Of a stretch of 64,000 bases of DNA, positions 50,127 through 63,781 are shown one piece after another (the stretch's first letter is position 1; each line of letters starts with the position of its first letter). The translations under genes were made by a program, and so were the position numbers. Location of the stretch: contig NC_042999.1 of assembly GCF_006345805.1 (NCBI RefSeq), positions 34,844,001-34,908,000 on the forward strand, in the 5' to 3' direction. This DNA is from Octopus sinensis. Taxonomy: Eukaryota. The notes below the pieces were generated by a model. The model was not told where the DNA came from. It searched no databases and saw only the letters and a program-made list of their open reading frames with translations.

Positions 50127-50429
50127 TTGTACCTGTCTTTTGGCGACTGTTGTCGCTCGGACAGATATTGATATGTTCCGAGGTCGTCGACAGAATTGTT
50201 CTATCTGGAATTGTACGACCCCCAGTCGTACAGTGTCATTAGCCTCAATTGGTTGGATCGTTATAACGTCCAGTCAGTATCACAGTATAATTTCTATATC
50301 AGCACAGTCACCACTATCGACACAGTCTACACGTACTGTCAACTTTATAACCGTCACTGTCGACCGGCTACTGGTCTATTTATAATAGCTGGCTACTACC
50401 ACTTTTTACCGGGAAGGGAGTACAGTTTC

Positions 50430-51505
50430 ACTATACAGCACTATATTGCTTTGCATTCGCGCTGGAAGCTCCAATACGAACATTTCAGAGCGTTTGGGCG
50501 TCAATCTGAGGACAGTGCAGAGGATTCGGTAAGAGTTGGATGAGTCTAATGGTGATTACGACGGGCAGCACGGAAAACTCACTCCGTTCTGATAAGAAAA
50601 GAACTCCTGAATTTGTTGTTGAGATCCAGGCCATGATTGACAATGATCCCTCCAAGTCAAACGAGTCTGTTGGTCTATTGCCAGTGTCTGAGTTTCTTAT
50701 CAGGCTGGTAGTGCATGATGACATTCGGTATTCCTTATACAAGAAGACAAAAGGCCAACTTTTTATCCCAAGATATCAAGGATAAGTGGAAAGATCGCGC
50801 TACGAAGCTTTTGAACAAACTACAGCATCGCCCCCAGCCGAACATGCCTTGGTGTTTCTTAGAACAAAAGTTAGCTTCCCGTGTACCCAAAACATGTACC
50901 GAGAGTGATAAAAATCAAACATCCAGTCAACATTATGGTGTTTGGAGTGATCACTAGTGATAGTGACGTTATGCTTCCATTCATCTTCCCACATGGCCTC
51001 ACATTCAATAAGAAGGCTTACATCAAGTGCCTGGAGGAGGTGGTTCTACCCTGGGTTAAGAGGCTGACTACTGGAAGACCATATGTCTGACAACAGGACT
51101 CTGCAGCATGCCACACAAGTAGGAGTCATAGCTAGCTCTCAGACAATTTCTGCGACCACTTCACCCCTAACATCTAGCCACCTACTCACCAGACTGCAAC
51201 CCCTTTAATTATTATGTGCGGGGTGCAGTTGAGCGAGCCGCCAACAAAACTCCTTGTAACACCAAAGATGAACTGAAGGCAGTATTCACCAATATAACAA
51301 GGAGACCGTCCATAAGAGTTGCAAGAGATTCTGAAGTCGTCTGGAGGCCGTGGTTGAAGCCAATGGCGAATTTATTGAATAAATTCTCTCTTTAGCATTT
51401 TAAAATATGTTTATTTAATTTTGGTAAATACATCTGTTAAAATGAAATGTCAGTGTTATTTTCATTTTTGCGTAATTTAGGCGAAAATGTATTCACCGCA
51501 CCCTG
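50430..51505 (+). mobile_element. Tc1/mariner superfamily element (maT/DD37D-like), decayed
   Basis: KRTPEFV..., KHPVNIMVFGVITSD...QQDSAACHT, SPDCNP.NYY, LEAVVEANGEFIE* (stop 51380-51382). Right TIR ...CACCGCACCCTG|TA. Confidence 0.85.
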
Positions 51506-51589
51506 TATGTGTGTGTTTGTATGTGTGTGTTTGTATGTGTCTGTGTGTGTGTCCGTCTGTCTGTGTGTGTGTGTGCATTATATATGTGT

Positions 51590-51636
<47 letters not shown>

Positions 51637-51638
<2 letters not shown>

Positions 51639-51772
51639 GTGTCGCGAAAGACCTGGTTGAAGGTCCTACCTTACAAGTTCGTTTACAGGGCTTAGAAAGA
51701 CTGAAGGACTGCGCAATGAGTGTGTGAATCTGAAAGGGGAATATGTTGAATAAAATCATAATTAACTGATCC
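51637..51772 (+). mobile_element. mariner-derived short element (uninterrupted copy)
   Basis: ECVNLKGEYVE* mariner C-terminus; homologous in inverted orientation to the segments 52843-52872 and 53260-53375. Confidence 0.7.
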
Positions 51773-51802
51773 TAGCAAGTGGTATTATAAAACCTACATA
51801 AT

Positions 51803-51886
<84 letters not shown>

Positions 51887-51918
51887 CATACGTATCTCAT
51901 TTATTTCTTTTGCCACAA

Positions 51919-51973
51919 GTATCACTGACGAAGAGAGGGCTCTTAGTAGCTAACTCTGAAATCGGTCCGATAT
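51919..51973 (+). ncRNA. minimal hammerhead ribozyme motif
   Basis: GTATCA-CTGACGA-AGAG...CTCT-GAAA-TCG-GTC-CGATAT. The module 51883-52228 is flanked by (TA)n on both sides. Confidence 0.7.
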
Positions 51974-52227
51974 GGTAATAATGGAATTTTTTAGAAATTT
52001 CTGTCGACCTTTTTTCGAGTAACGTGCGTATTGTGAAAAAATTATATGGTTAATGGACAATATGTCCAATTTTTGGGCATATTTGGCATTAGAATTTTTT
52101 CCTTTGCCCTCATTTATGAATTGTTTATAAATTTAACCGTTAAAGGTATTTTTTAATATGCTGGCCATTGATAACATTTTTTTCGAGAAAATGTTTTTTT
52201 TCGAAAATAATTTTATCCTCACATTTG

Positions 52228-52259
<32 letters not shown>

Positions 52260-52794
52260 TCATGTCGAGGCAATATTACTTCTGTATAAAATGGAATTAA
52301 TCAACTAAACATTTTTCAGAATTGTTGTCTGTATTCTCTAATCTTATTAATTTTGTAGATGCATTACATAGAACTGTCTAGCCACTCAATAAAGCATGTT
52401 TTATTCATAGTCATATATTCGATTATAGGATGACACTATAATCAACAGCTGCTCTTATAAATGGAAGGAACATGACGTTCATTAGGTTGTTTACATTGTT
52501 TTGATTACATTAGAAACCTTAGGTATCAAAATTCTCATTAATAATTTTGAATTCACAATTCTATGCAATTTAAGCAGCTAATATTCATTGCAGACAGCAA
52601 CGTTGTCCATGGGCTGGAAAAATACCGAATATAATAACATTAACGATTAACGTCATTGATTAGTATTATTAATCTAGATATGTCAAAAACCGCAGAACGC
52701 CTTTCGAAATTTCATCGGATCCTTTGACCTTACTGGTTCATATCGTGCTAGACTAGCAGCCATCTAGGCAGAAATTAAAAAAATACATGATATA

Positions 52795-53375
52795 CGAGGG
52801 TGTGTTGATGATTGCTTGGCTTTCGGTAAAAGAAAATACAGGAGGATCAGTTAATTAGGATTTTATTCAACACTAGCAGTATCGCCCGGCGTTGCTCGGG
52901 TTTGTAAGGGAAATAACTATATAAGCATTTTTAGAGAGTTATAGCCAAAAAATAGCAAAAAAATGCATTGAAAATGGAAAAAAAATTATGGTAAATTTTT
53001 TTTTAAATCGTTGACTCATCGGAGACATTTTTAGAGAGTTACTTGCCTTATATGATAGCAAAAAAATGCATTAAAATGGAAAAAAATGATGGTAAATTTT
53101 ATTTAAAATCGTAGACGCGCGCTAATACCCAGAAGGGCTCGATATGAATCACGACTATAAGATACCCGCTTTTGGTTAAACTGCACTGCAAAATGTGGGA
53201 GTAGTTAGGAATCTAAATCGTAGGAGACAGACACACAACCTTACTTTTATATATAAAGATATTCCTCCTCTCAGATTCACACACTCATTGCAGCAGTCCT
53301 TCAGTTTTTCTAAGCCTTGTCAAAGAACTCGGAAGGTTGGGCCCCCAGCCAGGCGTTTCGCGGCACCCTTAAAGC
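52795..53375 (-). mobile_element. mariner-derived element interrupted by a Helitron
   Basis: TA|CGAGGGTGTG TIR-like end at 52795; body homologous to 51637-51772. Confidence 0.7.
52873..53259 (-). mobile_element. non-autonomous Helitron (387 bp)
   Basis: 5' TC (53259-53258), 3' CCCGAGCAACGCCGGG...CTGCTAG (52873), A|T target confirmed by the empty paralogue. Internal ~90-bp tandem duplication. Confidence 0.9.
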
Positions 53376-53997
53376 TAAGAATTTTCAACAGCGCCTCTTA
53401 TGTCTTACAATTCAGGCAGCAGTATTAAAAGTTCTTAAAGCTTCCGGAACTTTCAGCACACCGGGCAAAGTGTTTGGCGTTATTTCACGTTCTGAGTTCA
53501 AATTCTGCTGAAGCCATCTTTTAATTTTTTTTTTTTTTTTCGGGGTCGATAAAATAAATACAAGCTGAATCGACTTAACCCCAACCCCGAAATTGCTGGA
53601 GTTGTGCCAAAATTTGAAGTCAATATTCTTTTGTATTCTAGGCACAAGGCCCGAAATTTTGGGGGAGGAGGCCAGTCGATTAGATCGGCCCCAGTACGCA
53701 ACTGGTGCTTAATTTATCAACCCATGAAAGGCAAAATCGACTTCAATTTGAAGTCAATATTAAAAATTCTAAACGCGGCGGAACGGCAGAATCGTTAGCA
53801 CGCCGACAAAATGCTTAGCAGAAAGTTCTAAATGACTAGATTTTTCTATCCGCTGGGATTTCTAAAATAAATTACCACAAAATAATGAGACGGTAAATGA
53901 TTCGCTTTAATTATAAGAGTATCAAGAGTAAATAGAATCTCGCCAATGGTAACAATGTACCGACAAAAGCTCAGTTGCTAAGATTTTTAATAGTATC

Positions 53998-54345
53998 GTA
54001 GGAGTGGCTGTGTGGTAAGTAGCTTGCTTGCCAACCACGTGGTTCCGGGTTCAGTCCCACTGCCTGGCACCTTGGGCAAGTGTCTTCTACTATATCCTCG
54101 GGTCGACTAAAGCCTTGTGAGTGGATTTGTTAGGCGGAAACTGAAAGAAGCCCGTCGTATATATGTACTTGTGTGTATACGTGTGTGTGTATGTTTGCCC
54201 CCCCCCCCCACGCCAACATGGTGGTTCGGCAACACAGACTGATAGAAGTGCCAAGCATTAATAATAAGTACCGGGGTCGATTCTTCCTTTTAAAATACCG
54301 TACCCCAACATGACCGCCGTTCAATGACGGAAAGAAGTAAAACAC
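53998..54345 (+). mobile_element. SINE family B
   Basis: Family B head with a decayed tail. Confidence 0.8.
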
Positions 54346-54837
54346 AAATGCCAGACAAGTGCTCGGGTACGCATGAGTGTGTGCTCGCAAGTCTGTGCGC
54401 GCGCGCGTCTTTGTGTGTTCGTGTGGAGTGTGGAAGTATCTAAAAATATCCATTCACGCCTAAAGGAATACTCTCAATTAATGGCTGCACATTCAAATAT
54501 GCATTAAAATTCGATACCATTAATTTAAGAAGCCTCTTACATGTTCTCAGGAGCGTATCAGTTTGCAGATTGGTTATAGATTTTAAGTTACTTTTGCTAA
54601 CTATATGTGACATTGGTTACAAATATAGTCAAAAATAATTACAGTATTCATAGACCTAAGGATTTACGGTAATCATACACCTGAGAAATTTAACTAGGAA
54701 TGGTTTCTTACTTGAAATCATTTAAACAAATTACAAACGGTATCAGAAACTTAAATGTACTTTAATAGTATCTTTATATATTTTTTAAACTTTCACATAA
54801 GACAACATAGTTGGCGAAGTGGTATATTTTATCTTTA

Positions 54838-55287
54838 AGGCGGCTAGCTGGCAGAAACATTAGCACACCGGGCGAAATGCTTAGCAGTATTTCGTCTGCC
54901 GCTACGTTCTGATTTCAAATTCCGCAGAGGTCAACTTTGCCTTTCATCCTTTCGGGGTCGATTAAACAAGTACCAGTTACGCACTGTGGTCGATATAGTC
55001 GACTTAGTCCGTTTGTCTGTCCTTGTTTGTTCCCTTTGTGTTTTGCCACTTTTGGGCAGTAAAGAAATAAGAAACGTTAGCACACCGGGCGAAATGCTTA
55101 GCGGTATTTCGTCTGCCGCTACGTTCTGAGTTCAAATTCCGCCGAGGTCAACTTTGCCTTTCATCCTTTCGGGGTCGATTAAATAAGTACCAGTTACGCA
55201 CTTGGGTCGATATAATCGACTTAATTCGTTTGTCTGTCCTTGTTTGTCCCTTTTATGTGTAGTCTCTTCTGGGCAGTAAAGAAATAG
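54838..55287 (+). mobile_element. SINE family A, tandem/dimeric copy
   Basis: Two consecutive bodies, as at 5538. Confidence 0.85.
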
Positions 55288-55649
55288 CTATCTTTTATCT
55301 TGTACTTGTTATAGTCATTAGACTGCGGTCATGCTGTGGCGCCGTCTTGAAGAATGTTTATTCGAATGCATCAACCCCAGGGCCTCTTTTTCAGAAGCAC
55401 TATTGACGTAATGGGGACCCAAACACACCAATACCGGTTTTCAAGCGGTGGTTGTAGATAAAAACAAACACAAAATACACACACGCACAGACGCATGTGT
55501 GTGTGCATCGTCTTTCTTTGGCGATTGCTCAACATATATTTGTTGTTTACCGAGTTCCCTGTAAAATTTCTTTCTATCTTCTTTAAGTAATTTGTTTTGT
55601 CTAAATTGTTTGCTTCTCTTTATATATATATATTGTTCGAATGTTTTGC

Positions 55650-55755
55650 TTATTATTATTTATTTTATTATTATTATTAATTATTATTATTATTACTATT
55701 ATTATTATTGTTGTTGCTGCTGTTGTGGTGGTTGTTATCCTCATTATTATTATTA

Positions 55756-55802
<47 letters not shown>

Positions 55803-55853
55803 ATTATTACTATTATTATTATTGTTCTTGCTGCTGTTGTGGTGGTTGTTATC

Positions 55854-55922
<69 letters not shown>

Positions 55923-55996
55923 CATTATTACTATTATTATTGTTGTTGCTGTTGTTGCTGCTGTGGTGGTTGTTATCATTATCATTATTATTATTA

Positions 55997-56049
<53 letters not shown>
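55650..56049. repeat. compound (ATT)n array with three ~120-bp higher-order units
   Basis: AATTAT...TACTATT...TGTTG(C/T)TG...TGTGGTGGTTGTTATC recurs three times. Confidence 0.9.
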
Positions 56050-56431
56050 GAATCTAAATAAAACCACGGAAATTAAACCTCCGACCTGGACGCCGATAAG
56101 ACAACGAATAAGGAAACCAGTTAATTTCTCTGTGAGTTGTTAACTGACGATTAGGAAACATATTTTTCTGGTTGTTTTGATCAATGATCCAGACGGCCAA
56201 ATATTGGGTGAAGTTGATAACGAATCTCATTTGCTCTGGACAAGTTTAATCAATTAGTTTTATATCATGTTACTCATAAATGAGACTCCAGAAGCAGGCA
56301 GCTATATCTAATCGGACACACTAAAATTGGATTCAGAAAGCAATTACCCGGTTTGTAAAAAAAATACAATCACACTCTCGATGCTCAAACTGTCGGTTCC
56401 CTGATATATGTACATGAAACCATCTAGTCAA

Positions 56432-56577
56432 TAGGGCCGGCCCGAGGGTTGCTGGCGCCCCAGGCAAGTTGGACTTCGGCGTATACAAGCTGACGGTCGT
56501 GGAAATGTCCTTGGTAGCCCCTAGCACATGGCGCCTCGTGCGATTGCCTGAGTTGCTGGTATCTTGAGCCGGCCCTG
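56432..56577. mobile_element. hAT-type MITE (146 bp)
   Basis: TIRs (C/T)AGGGCCGGC / GCCGGCCCTG, with an 8-bp TSD CTAGTCAA (56424-56431) / CTAGTTAA (56578-56585). Confidence 0.8.
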
Positions 56578-56631
56578 CTAGTTAACATGTATGTTAAATA
56601 TCGATACGGCATAACCCAACTTTATTTCAAA

Positions 56632-56818
56632 CTAGCAGTAATACCTGTCGTTGATCGGGTAATTACTTTTACTCTTTCTCGGGAGCCACATTCAAAGAGG
56701 TATTATATAGAGATTTACACCTCCTGTATGTGGGTATTTTATAAGAAAAAAATGTAATAATTGAAGTAGAAAAAAGATCAATTTCATACACGAACTTTTG
56801 TTTGTTTATTATATAAAT
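56632..56818 (-). mobile_element. short decayed Helitron-like element
   Basis: Degenerate version of the same 3' terminus (CCCGATCAACGACAGG...CTGCTAG|T). The 5' end is eroded. Confidence 0.4.
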
Positions 56819-56845
56819 AATAATAAGTGGTTATATATGTTAGGA

Positions 56846-57020
56846 GGCGTAGGAGTGGCTGTGTGGTAAGTAGCTTGCTTACCAACCACATGGTTCCGGG
56901 TTCACTCCCACTGCGTGGTACCTTGGGGAAGTGTCTTCTACTATAGCCTCGGGCCGACCAAAGCCTTGTGAGTGGATTTGGTAGACGGAAACTGAAGGAA
57001 TCCTGTCGTATATATGTGTA

Positions 57021-57094
<74 letters not shown>

Positions 57095-57312
57095 TGCGTG
57101 TGTGTGTTTGTGTGCCTGTGTTTGTACCCCAACATCGCTTGACAACCGATGCTGGTGTGTTTACGTCCCCGTAACTTAGCGTTTCGACAAAAGAACCGAT
57201 AGAATAAGTACTAGGCTTACAAAGAATAAGTCCTGGGGTCGATTTGTTCGACTAAAGGCGGTGCTCAAGCATGACCACAGGCAAATGAATGCAACAAGTA
57301 AAAGAGTAAAGA
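56846..57312 (+). mobile_element. SINE family B
   Basis: Full-length copy. Confidence 0.85.
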
Positions 57313-58061
57313 ATATGTTATTTTATATATCAATACAGTAATGGTAATTATATAATACACAAGGCTTTGGTCGGCATGGAACTGTAATGAAAGAAAATTG
57401 CTCAACGTGTCGCGCAGTGGGACTGAACACAAGGTGACATGATTGGAAAGCAAGCTTCTCAACCACACAGCCACGCCGATAAAGGAGAGAGAGAGATACA
57501 TTTTGGATAATATACTCCTTGATAAATATACTTAACAAAAAAATGAGATTTTTAATATTTACTCGAACAACGCTACACCATACAGATGTTCCAGAATTAA
57601 CTATCTGCTCCAAGGAAATTCAGCAATTTTTTTTTAAAAGCTGTCAGAATTTTATGTTTATTTCCAAAACAAATAGATTTATAAATCTTACGTCAAACAT
57701 TTATTGAAAGTGTTCAACATGCCTGTATCCCTGCATACTTCAAATCTCTCCTTAGCGTTTTGAAACACATTTTGAAGCATTTCAGGAGTTAGCTCCTGCA
57801 CTGCTAACTGAATTAGTTTTTTAAGCACAGCTAAACCATTATTCCATCGTGGGGATGGAGATAAAGAAACTGACTGCTGTCAAATTGAAAAAACGCTGGT
57901 ATGAACAAAGAAGAGGGGTCCAACAGGAATGAAAATAAAATTATAATCAACATTCAAAATTTTTACACTTGTAACACATATTAAACATGATAAACATAAA
58001 TAAAAGTGAGTTTTAAAAAATGCATCCGATTTTACACAAGTCATCATTAATTCTGGGACAC

Positions 58062-58865
58062 CTAGTATTTACTCGTCCGAGTAAATGGGGGAGGGAACAC
58101 AGAGGCGGGAATAGTCCGAGGTAGCAAGCGTAGCTTCCGGAAGTGGTCACGCGGGGAAACGCAAATGGCTGTGAGTCACAACAGCAGGTTTTTTTTTTTT
58201 CCTATTTTTTTTTGTATGAACATTTTGCATTGTATAATTCAGATATGAACGACATAGGAAGCAAGCATGTTGCCGGGCCATGCTGAGTTGCGCAGGATTG
58301 GAAACGTGAAACATCAACGGGACACTTCTGGTGAATGGATGAATGGGTTTGTTATGCCTTTACCCAGCCGAACAAACACGCACATGGCCCGGTGGAGCGC
58401 AGGATGGTAACATGAAGCATCAACAGGGCGCCGACAAAAATTTTAATGTTCTCATTTCCTCTGCCAATTGGACAAAAGGGTTTTCATGAAATATTATACG
58501 CTACTCATGATGCATAAGAGTTTCAATATTTCATCGTCGGAAAATGGCCTAAAACAAAGATGAACCCAATGAAGTATACCCAAATCTAATTAATCTGCAT
58601 TTTTGTGGGCCCAACAATTCGAGGAGCCTAAATAATGTTTGTTGCAAATTTGGAGTAAATCGACTGGATGCTCTTCAAGTTACGGGCCTTAACGCTGCGA
58701 AAATGCTTAAAACATGCGGTTTATTTGCCTCTGGGTCCGCATTAGGTAAGAAGTTGAAACTTTGTTGGCCCATGACACTCTATGTAACGCAAGTATAAAA
58801 TTTCATTAAAATTGGTTATGTAGATCTCGTGTTTTAACGACATGACAAACCCACAAACAGACATA
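58062..58865 (-). mobile_element. Helitron-like non-autonomous element
   Basis: CTAG plus hairpin ATTTACTCG-TC-CGAGTAAAT at the left end. The right end has AAAATTTCATTAAAATTGG...ACAAACAGAC, the reverse of the Helitron 5' subterminal pattern also seen at 15990-16070. Confidence 0.45.
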
Positions 58866-58875
58866 TATATATATG

Positions 58876-58992
<117 letters not shown>

Positions 58993-60464
58993 GAGAGACA
59001 GAGTGAAAGTGTAATTAATCACTACCAAATTAAACTTTTGTCAAAATCGTCGTCTCTGTAATCTTGTCTTAATAATTTTGAGTCTGCGATACATAAGAAT
59101 GCCTGGATACTCATAAAGTAAACCTTGTTCATTGTCATATATTCAATAACAAAGTGAGATAATCAGCTGTTGTTATAAAGAAACATGAACATTAAATATA
59201 AATAAAACCACGGAAGTTAAACCTCCGGCCTGAGCAACGACAAGATACCAAATAAGAAAACCAACTATTTTCTCTGTGAGTTTTAGATTGTGATGTAAAA
59301 AAACGTATATCTTTCTGGTTATTTTGATCAGTGATCCAAGCGGCCAAAATATTGGGTGAAGTCGAAATTTAAGGCAAAATTATTGAATGACGAATCTCAT
59401 TAGCACTGGACAAGTTTAATCTAATAGTTTTATATTGTGGTGCTCAACATAAGACTCCCAGAACACGAAAGCTATATTTAATCTCTCTATAGCTATCCTC
59501 GTATTTTCTCTTAGTCATCTTAAAATTCATTTTCCCCAAACAATCCCGTTTGCTAAGCTTATGTGTGTATGTCCGTCTGTACGTTTGCGTCTGTATATGA
59601 CTGAATGTTTATGTGTGTGTTTGTGAATAAATTTGAACTTGGGAACAAAATAAGAATATGCTGAACATATTTATCCGAGTTTATATGTTCATTAGGAAAG
59701 ACCTGATGATACATACTGCCAGTTTCTCATTTCTGAAGAACGAAACGGTAAAACATTGTGTCGTGTTGTAGTTGTTGGTGTTAATATTAACGCGGTTAAC
59801 TACTATAATAATTACCAATTTAATGCAAGGGTGTAAGAAAGAGCAAGACGTTCAGCTTACTTTCACAGAGATAATTAATCTTCTGGGTTTGAAAAATGAG
59901 AAGATGCTCAAAATTTCGGCAAGTTACAATCTATAAAAAATAGCTTCCCTGATTGAAAGCGGTATGTGACATTGTATGTTCCGCAAGCAATTTAGGTGGG
60001 TGTCCCATTATTTGGAATGGCTCAGGTAAATAAAATTTGCAAGTCGATGTCCGATGGTATATGAGAGAGTTTCTACAATTTTCCATGCTATGGGAACAAT
60101 TTTGCTTCCATTAAATCGAAGACAAGTTGGTAATAAGAGGTAGAATTCACTCTATCTTCCTACTTGAATGAATGCATATGTTGATTCTAAGTGAGCTTTA
60201 ATGAAAATCGTGTATAATTCCGTTGAAAATTCTCGAATATTAATGTAAAACCATCTTTAAACCTCAGGAAAATATAATCCCAAAAGACGGTGTGATGTAA
60301 AAGAGCTAAATTGCAGCAGAAGCTAATTATCAAACACACACACAAACACACGCGCACACACATGCATATACATATATGTACATATATATATATTATAATA
60401 AATTAATAATAGTTAATAATTTATTATATGACGGAACGCACGCATCCATTTCTATGTAAGATTG

Positions 60465-60509
<45 letters not shown>

Positions 60510-62842
60510 CCTGCTCGCTTAGCCAGCGGGGTGGCGTCATTCGAAGACTAAAACAATGCGAACGCATTGTGACCAGTGATGTGTAACAACATCTGATGAT
60601 CTGGTCGGTCACGTGATCACGTGATATATATATATATATATATGTGTGTGTGGAGAGAGTGTAATGAATGTAGTAAAGAAGCGATAGAATATCTACACGA
60701 CAATTATTGCCATTTTTTGACAAAACAAACTGTAGCGTGCAATGGTTAAAGAGCTGACAAACGTAGGTCCACATTAACTCACAATAGAATTTACAGAAAG
60801 TAAACCATAATGTTTCCATTCGAAATATTCTCTCCTGATTCTGGCCAAGACTTCGAGGTACTTATATCCATTGATGTTTTCAATCTCCCAAGATCTTCTC
60901 TCGTTCAGTAGATTTATTTAGTTACTTTTTTATAATGATACTTTCTTCATCACAGAGGTCTTACAAGTGGAAATAACACATTACTAAGCTTATCCCTAAA
61001 CAATGCCACAGTACCGAGAGATCCATCAAAATGTTCACCAGTCTTGACAAATAATCATAGGTCATCTATAAATAGCAAGGGGTTAGCTATCTCCGGAACA
61101 TTTCCAAACCTCTGCTCGGATTTTACGTTTCACAGTTCTAAGGTGAGTAGTATAAGAGCAATAACAACTACTAGGATTAATCTCAATGATATATTTCTCA
61201 ATTTTCCAGGCTTGATCTAAGCAGATCAGCGATATTAACTACAATTATAAACATTTTAATATTTTCAGAATTCATGAGTTAATAGTCTTGTCATATGATT
61301 TATTATCATCGCTCCACCTGTTTACAAAACTAGTTCGTCTTTTGCAATTTTTATGATCGACTGACCAATTAACATTTGGCCTGTTGTATCGTCTTGAATT
61401 TTTTTAGACATTTTCTTTTCGTTAGAGATTGAATTCTTCTCCACTAATGGTGCATAGATCATATCAGCAAGCAATTAACTATTTCTATAGTAGTGATAAA
61501 TACTTTTCTGTTTGATTTTCATTAATCCTGCAATTTTTAAACGACATCCTCCGATTATTTTGAAACACCTACTCTGCTAAAACTTACTAATATATATTAT
61601 GTATCACTTTATCTTAGCTGCCTTTATTGTTACTCTTTGCCTGAGTTCTTCAATTATAGCATTTATTCCTCTTTTCGTTTTTAACATTGTCTTTTTTGTT
61701 CTAATGTCATAAAATCTCTCTCTTTCGTTACTGCAACTCCTTTAACAAGCGGGAGTCGTCTCACTTTCCGTCTAAAAGTCTTAATGCTTTTTTGTATTCT
61801 CTCCTTTTTAATATCAGTGTAAATGTCTACTTTTTATGGGTTTACCTACCTTATAGTCAAGCTATTTTGCTACCACTCTAGCTATTTGCCTTGTATAAGG
61901 TGTTTACTCCCAAGGAGAGGTGAATATTCTGTACTTTATAAATTGTTGAACTCTTTCTTTATCCTATTCTATTACATACAATGAGATTCGCAGACTTCTC
62001 GTTATTTTCTTAACGTTGATCTAATAAGAGTTCTTTCCCAGATAACTAGATCTCCTAGTCATTCCGACCATCCTGTCTTATTTTCTATTTTATTTCCTCT
62101 CTCTCAAATCAAAGCTTTTGTCTTCATGATACCTTTATTTATATTGACTTCTATCTTCTGTTGTCTCCTGTTAAATTTTCTGGTTCCAACGAATTTCGCC
62201 TAACTCCATTATATTTAATAGAGCGTGTCTACTTTGAAACATTCTGTTCTGTCACTAGATATAGCAGTATTTCGTTTGAAATTTCTAATATCGTCGTTTG
62301 TACCTTCTATTTTGTCACTTAAATAGTAACATTTTACAACTATCCTTTGTCAGATCCGTTGTCAGAGTTGTTTTAATTGACTTCGGTCATCTTCCTAGAT
62401 TATTATCATATTGTGCCGATGTTTGATAATCCACAATCGCATTATTTCTTCCAATCTTGTTCTGATAAGTGTTATACTTTTACATCTGCCTGCCCAGCAA
62501 TTTTTTCTCTAAGATCGTTTCGATTAATGACACTCGCAGGTGTTAGAATCATTCGTTTTTCTATGATATATATATAGTTGTGACAGCGTTTTTACCATTA
62601 AGGCGGGGATTTGGGTTTCACTTGACACTTCGTAAATATTCATTAGGTATTCACACATAATTATTTTTCAGTGTCTTCTTCACTTTATATTTTGTTTTGG
62701 TTTGTTTTGTTTTGATTTTTTTTTTGTTTTTGTGCTGTGCACTAGCAAACCTACTCGATTTTCTCGTCAATTTATTTTATCTTGCAGAAATATTATTTCC
62801 TTCAAACTCAGAATATTTATTCTTTGAGTTAATTATTATTAT

Positions 62843-63060
62843 TATTACCTCCACCTTAGTGAAGGCGGAAGTATTGCTTTTAGTCGTGTTTGTTTGTTTA
62901 GTTGTTTGTCCGTGGACAAGATATCTCAAGAACCGCCTAATGGATTCAAATGAAACTTTCAGGGTCGTTTGGCCTCGTGACTGGAACGAACTGATTAGAT
63001 TTTGGGATCGATCTGGTATTGGACAAAGATTCTGGATTATTTGTTATATTAACTTTACAT
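62843..63060 (+). mobile_element. Helentron/HINE (DINE-1-like) 5' end
   Basis: TTATT followed by the stem ACCTCCACCTT-AGTG-AAGGCGGAAGT, a GTTT/GTCC microsatellite-like tract and ATGGATT..ATGAAACT. Confidence 0.6.
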
Positions 63061-63734
63061 GAAGTATTACAATCTTCCGTTCACTTTCAAGTCTTTCTCT
63101 GATTATCTCCCTTGAAGCACGCTCATGGTTTCCACGTAAGTTATGGCGACGTTACCATTTCCGAAGTTTTATTTTCGTTTCTCTATTTTTAATTGTACTC
63201 ACGTCTCTATCTTAGTAGAAACAGTTGAATAAAGAAATCAAACTACTTTAACAAACGACAACAAAACCGTTCAGAAATTAAATAACTGGTATATTCAGTA
63301 CAATAATAAATTTAATTTCTCCTAGACAATTTTTAGTTTTACCAATTTTTGATATATCGCGCCTGTTTAAAACCTCTTACCTACTTGACAATTGCATATC
63401 TAGCTCTGCTTTGAAAGAAGCTTTAAGTCTTGGGCTCACGTTTTTGTACGCAACGATATTGTTAAACCTCTGTTAACAGCACCGTATTCAGGTCCTTTCT
63501 GTTTTCTCTCACACACGGATAAATTTTTCTCTAGAGCCCTTAAAGGTCGTAAAAATATTATATCAGTGGATAGACTAAAAAATGCCTTCATAGAGGAAAC
63601 TGTTCCCACTGCAGACGATACACACACAGCACTACAAACAAGGCCCGCACACCTAGCTTCAACAACGACAACAACAACAACAACAACATCTAAATATACC
63701 TTAGGAATGAGAAACCAGGTTCGAAATTTCCCCA

Positions 63735-63781
63735 TGACACCTGATGAAAGCTGGAGGGTATATCAGTCCAAACGTTGAGTT
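63735..63781 (+). ncRNA. degenerate hammerhead motif (Penelope pLTR relic)
   Basis: TGACAC-CTGATGA-AAGCTG...CAGTC-CAAA (GAAA mutated)-CGTT-GAGTT. Confidence 0.5.

Noticed and set aside
60850-62630. Possible very old LINE on the minus strand (purine-skewed, microsatellite-free)
   Set aside because: I could not recover diagnostic endonuclease or RT motifs by eye.
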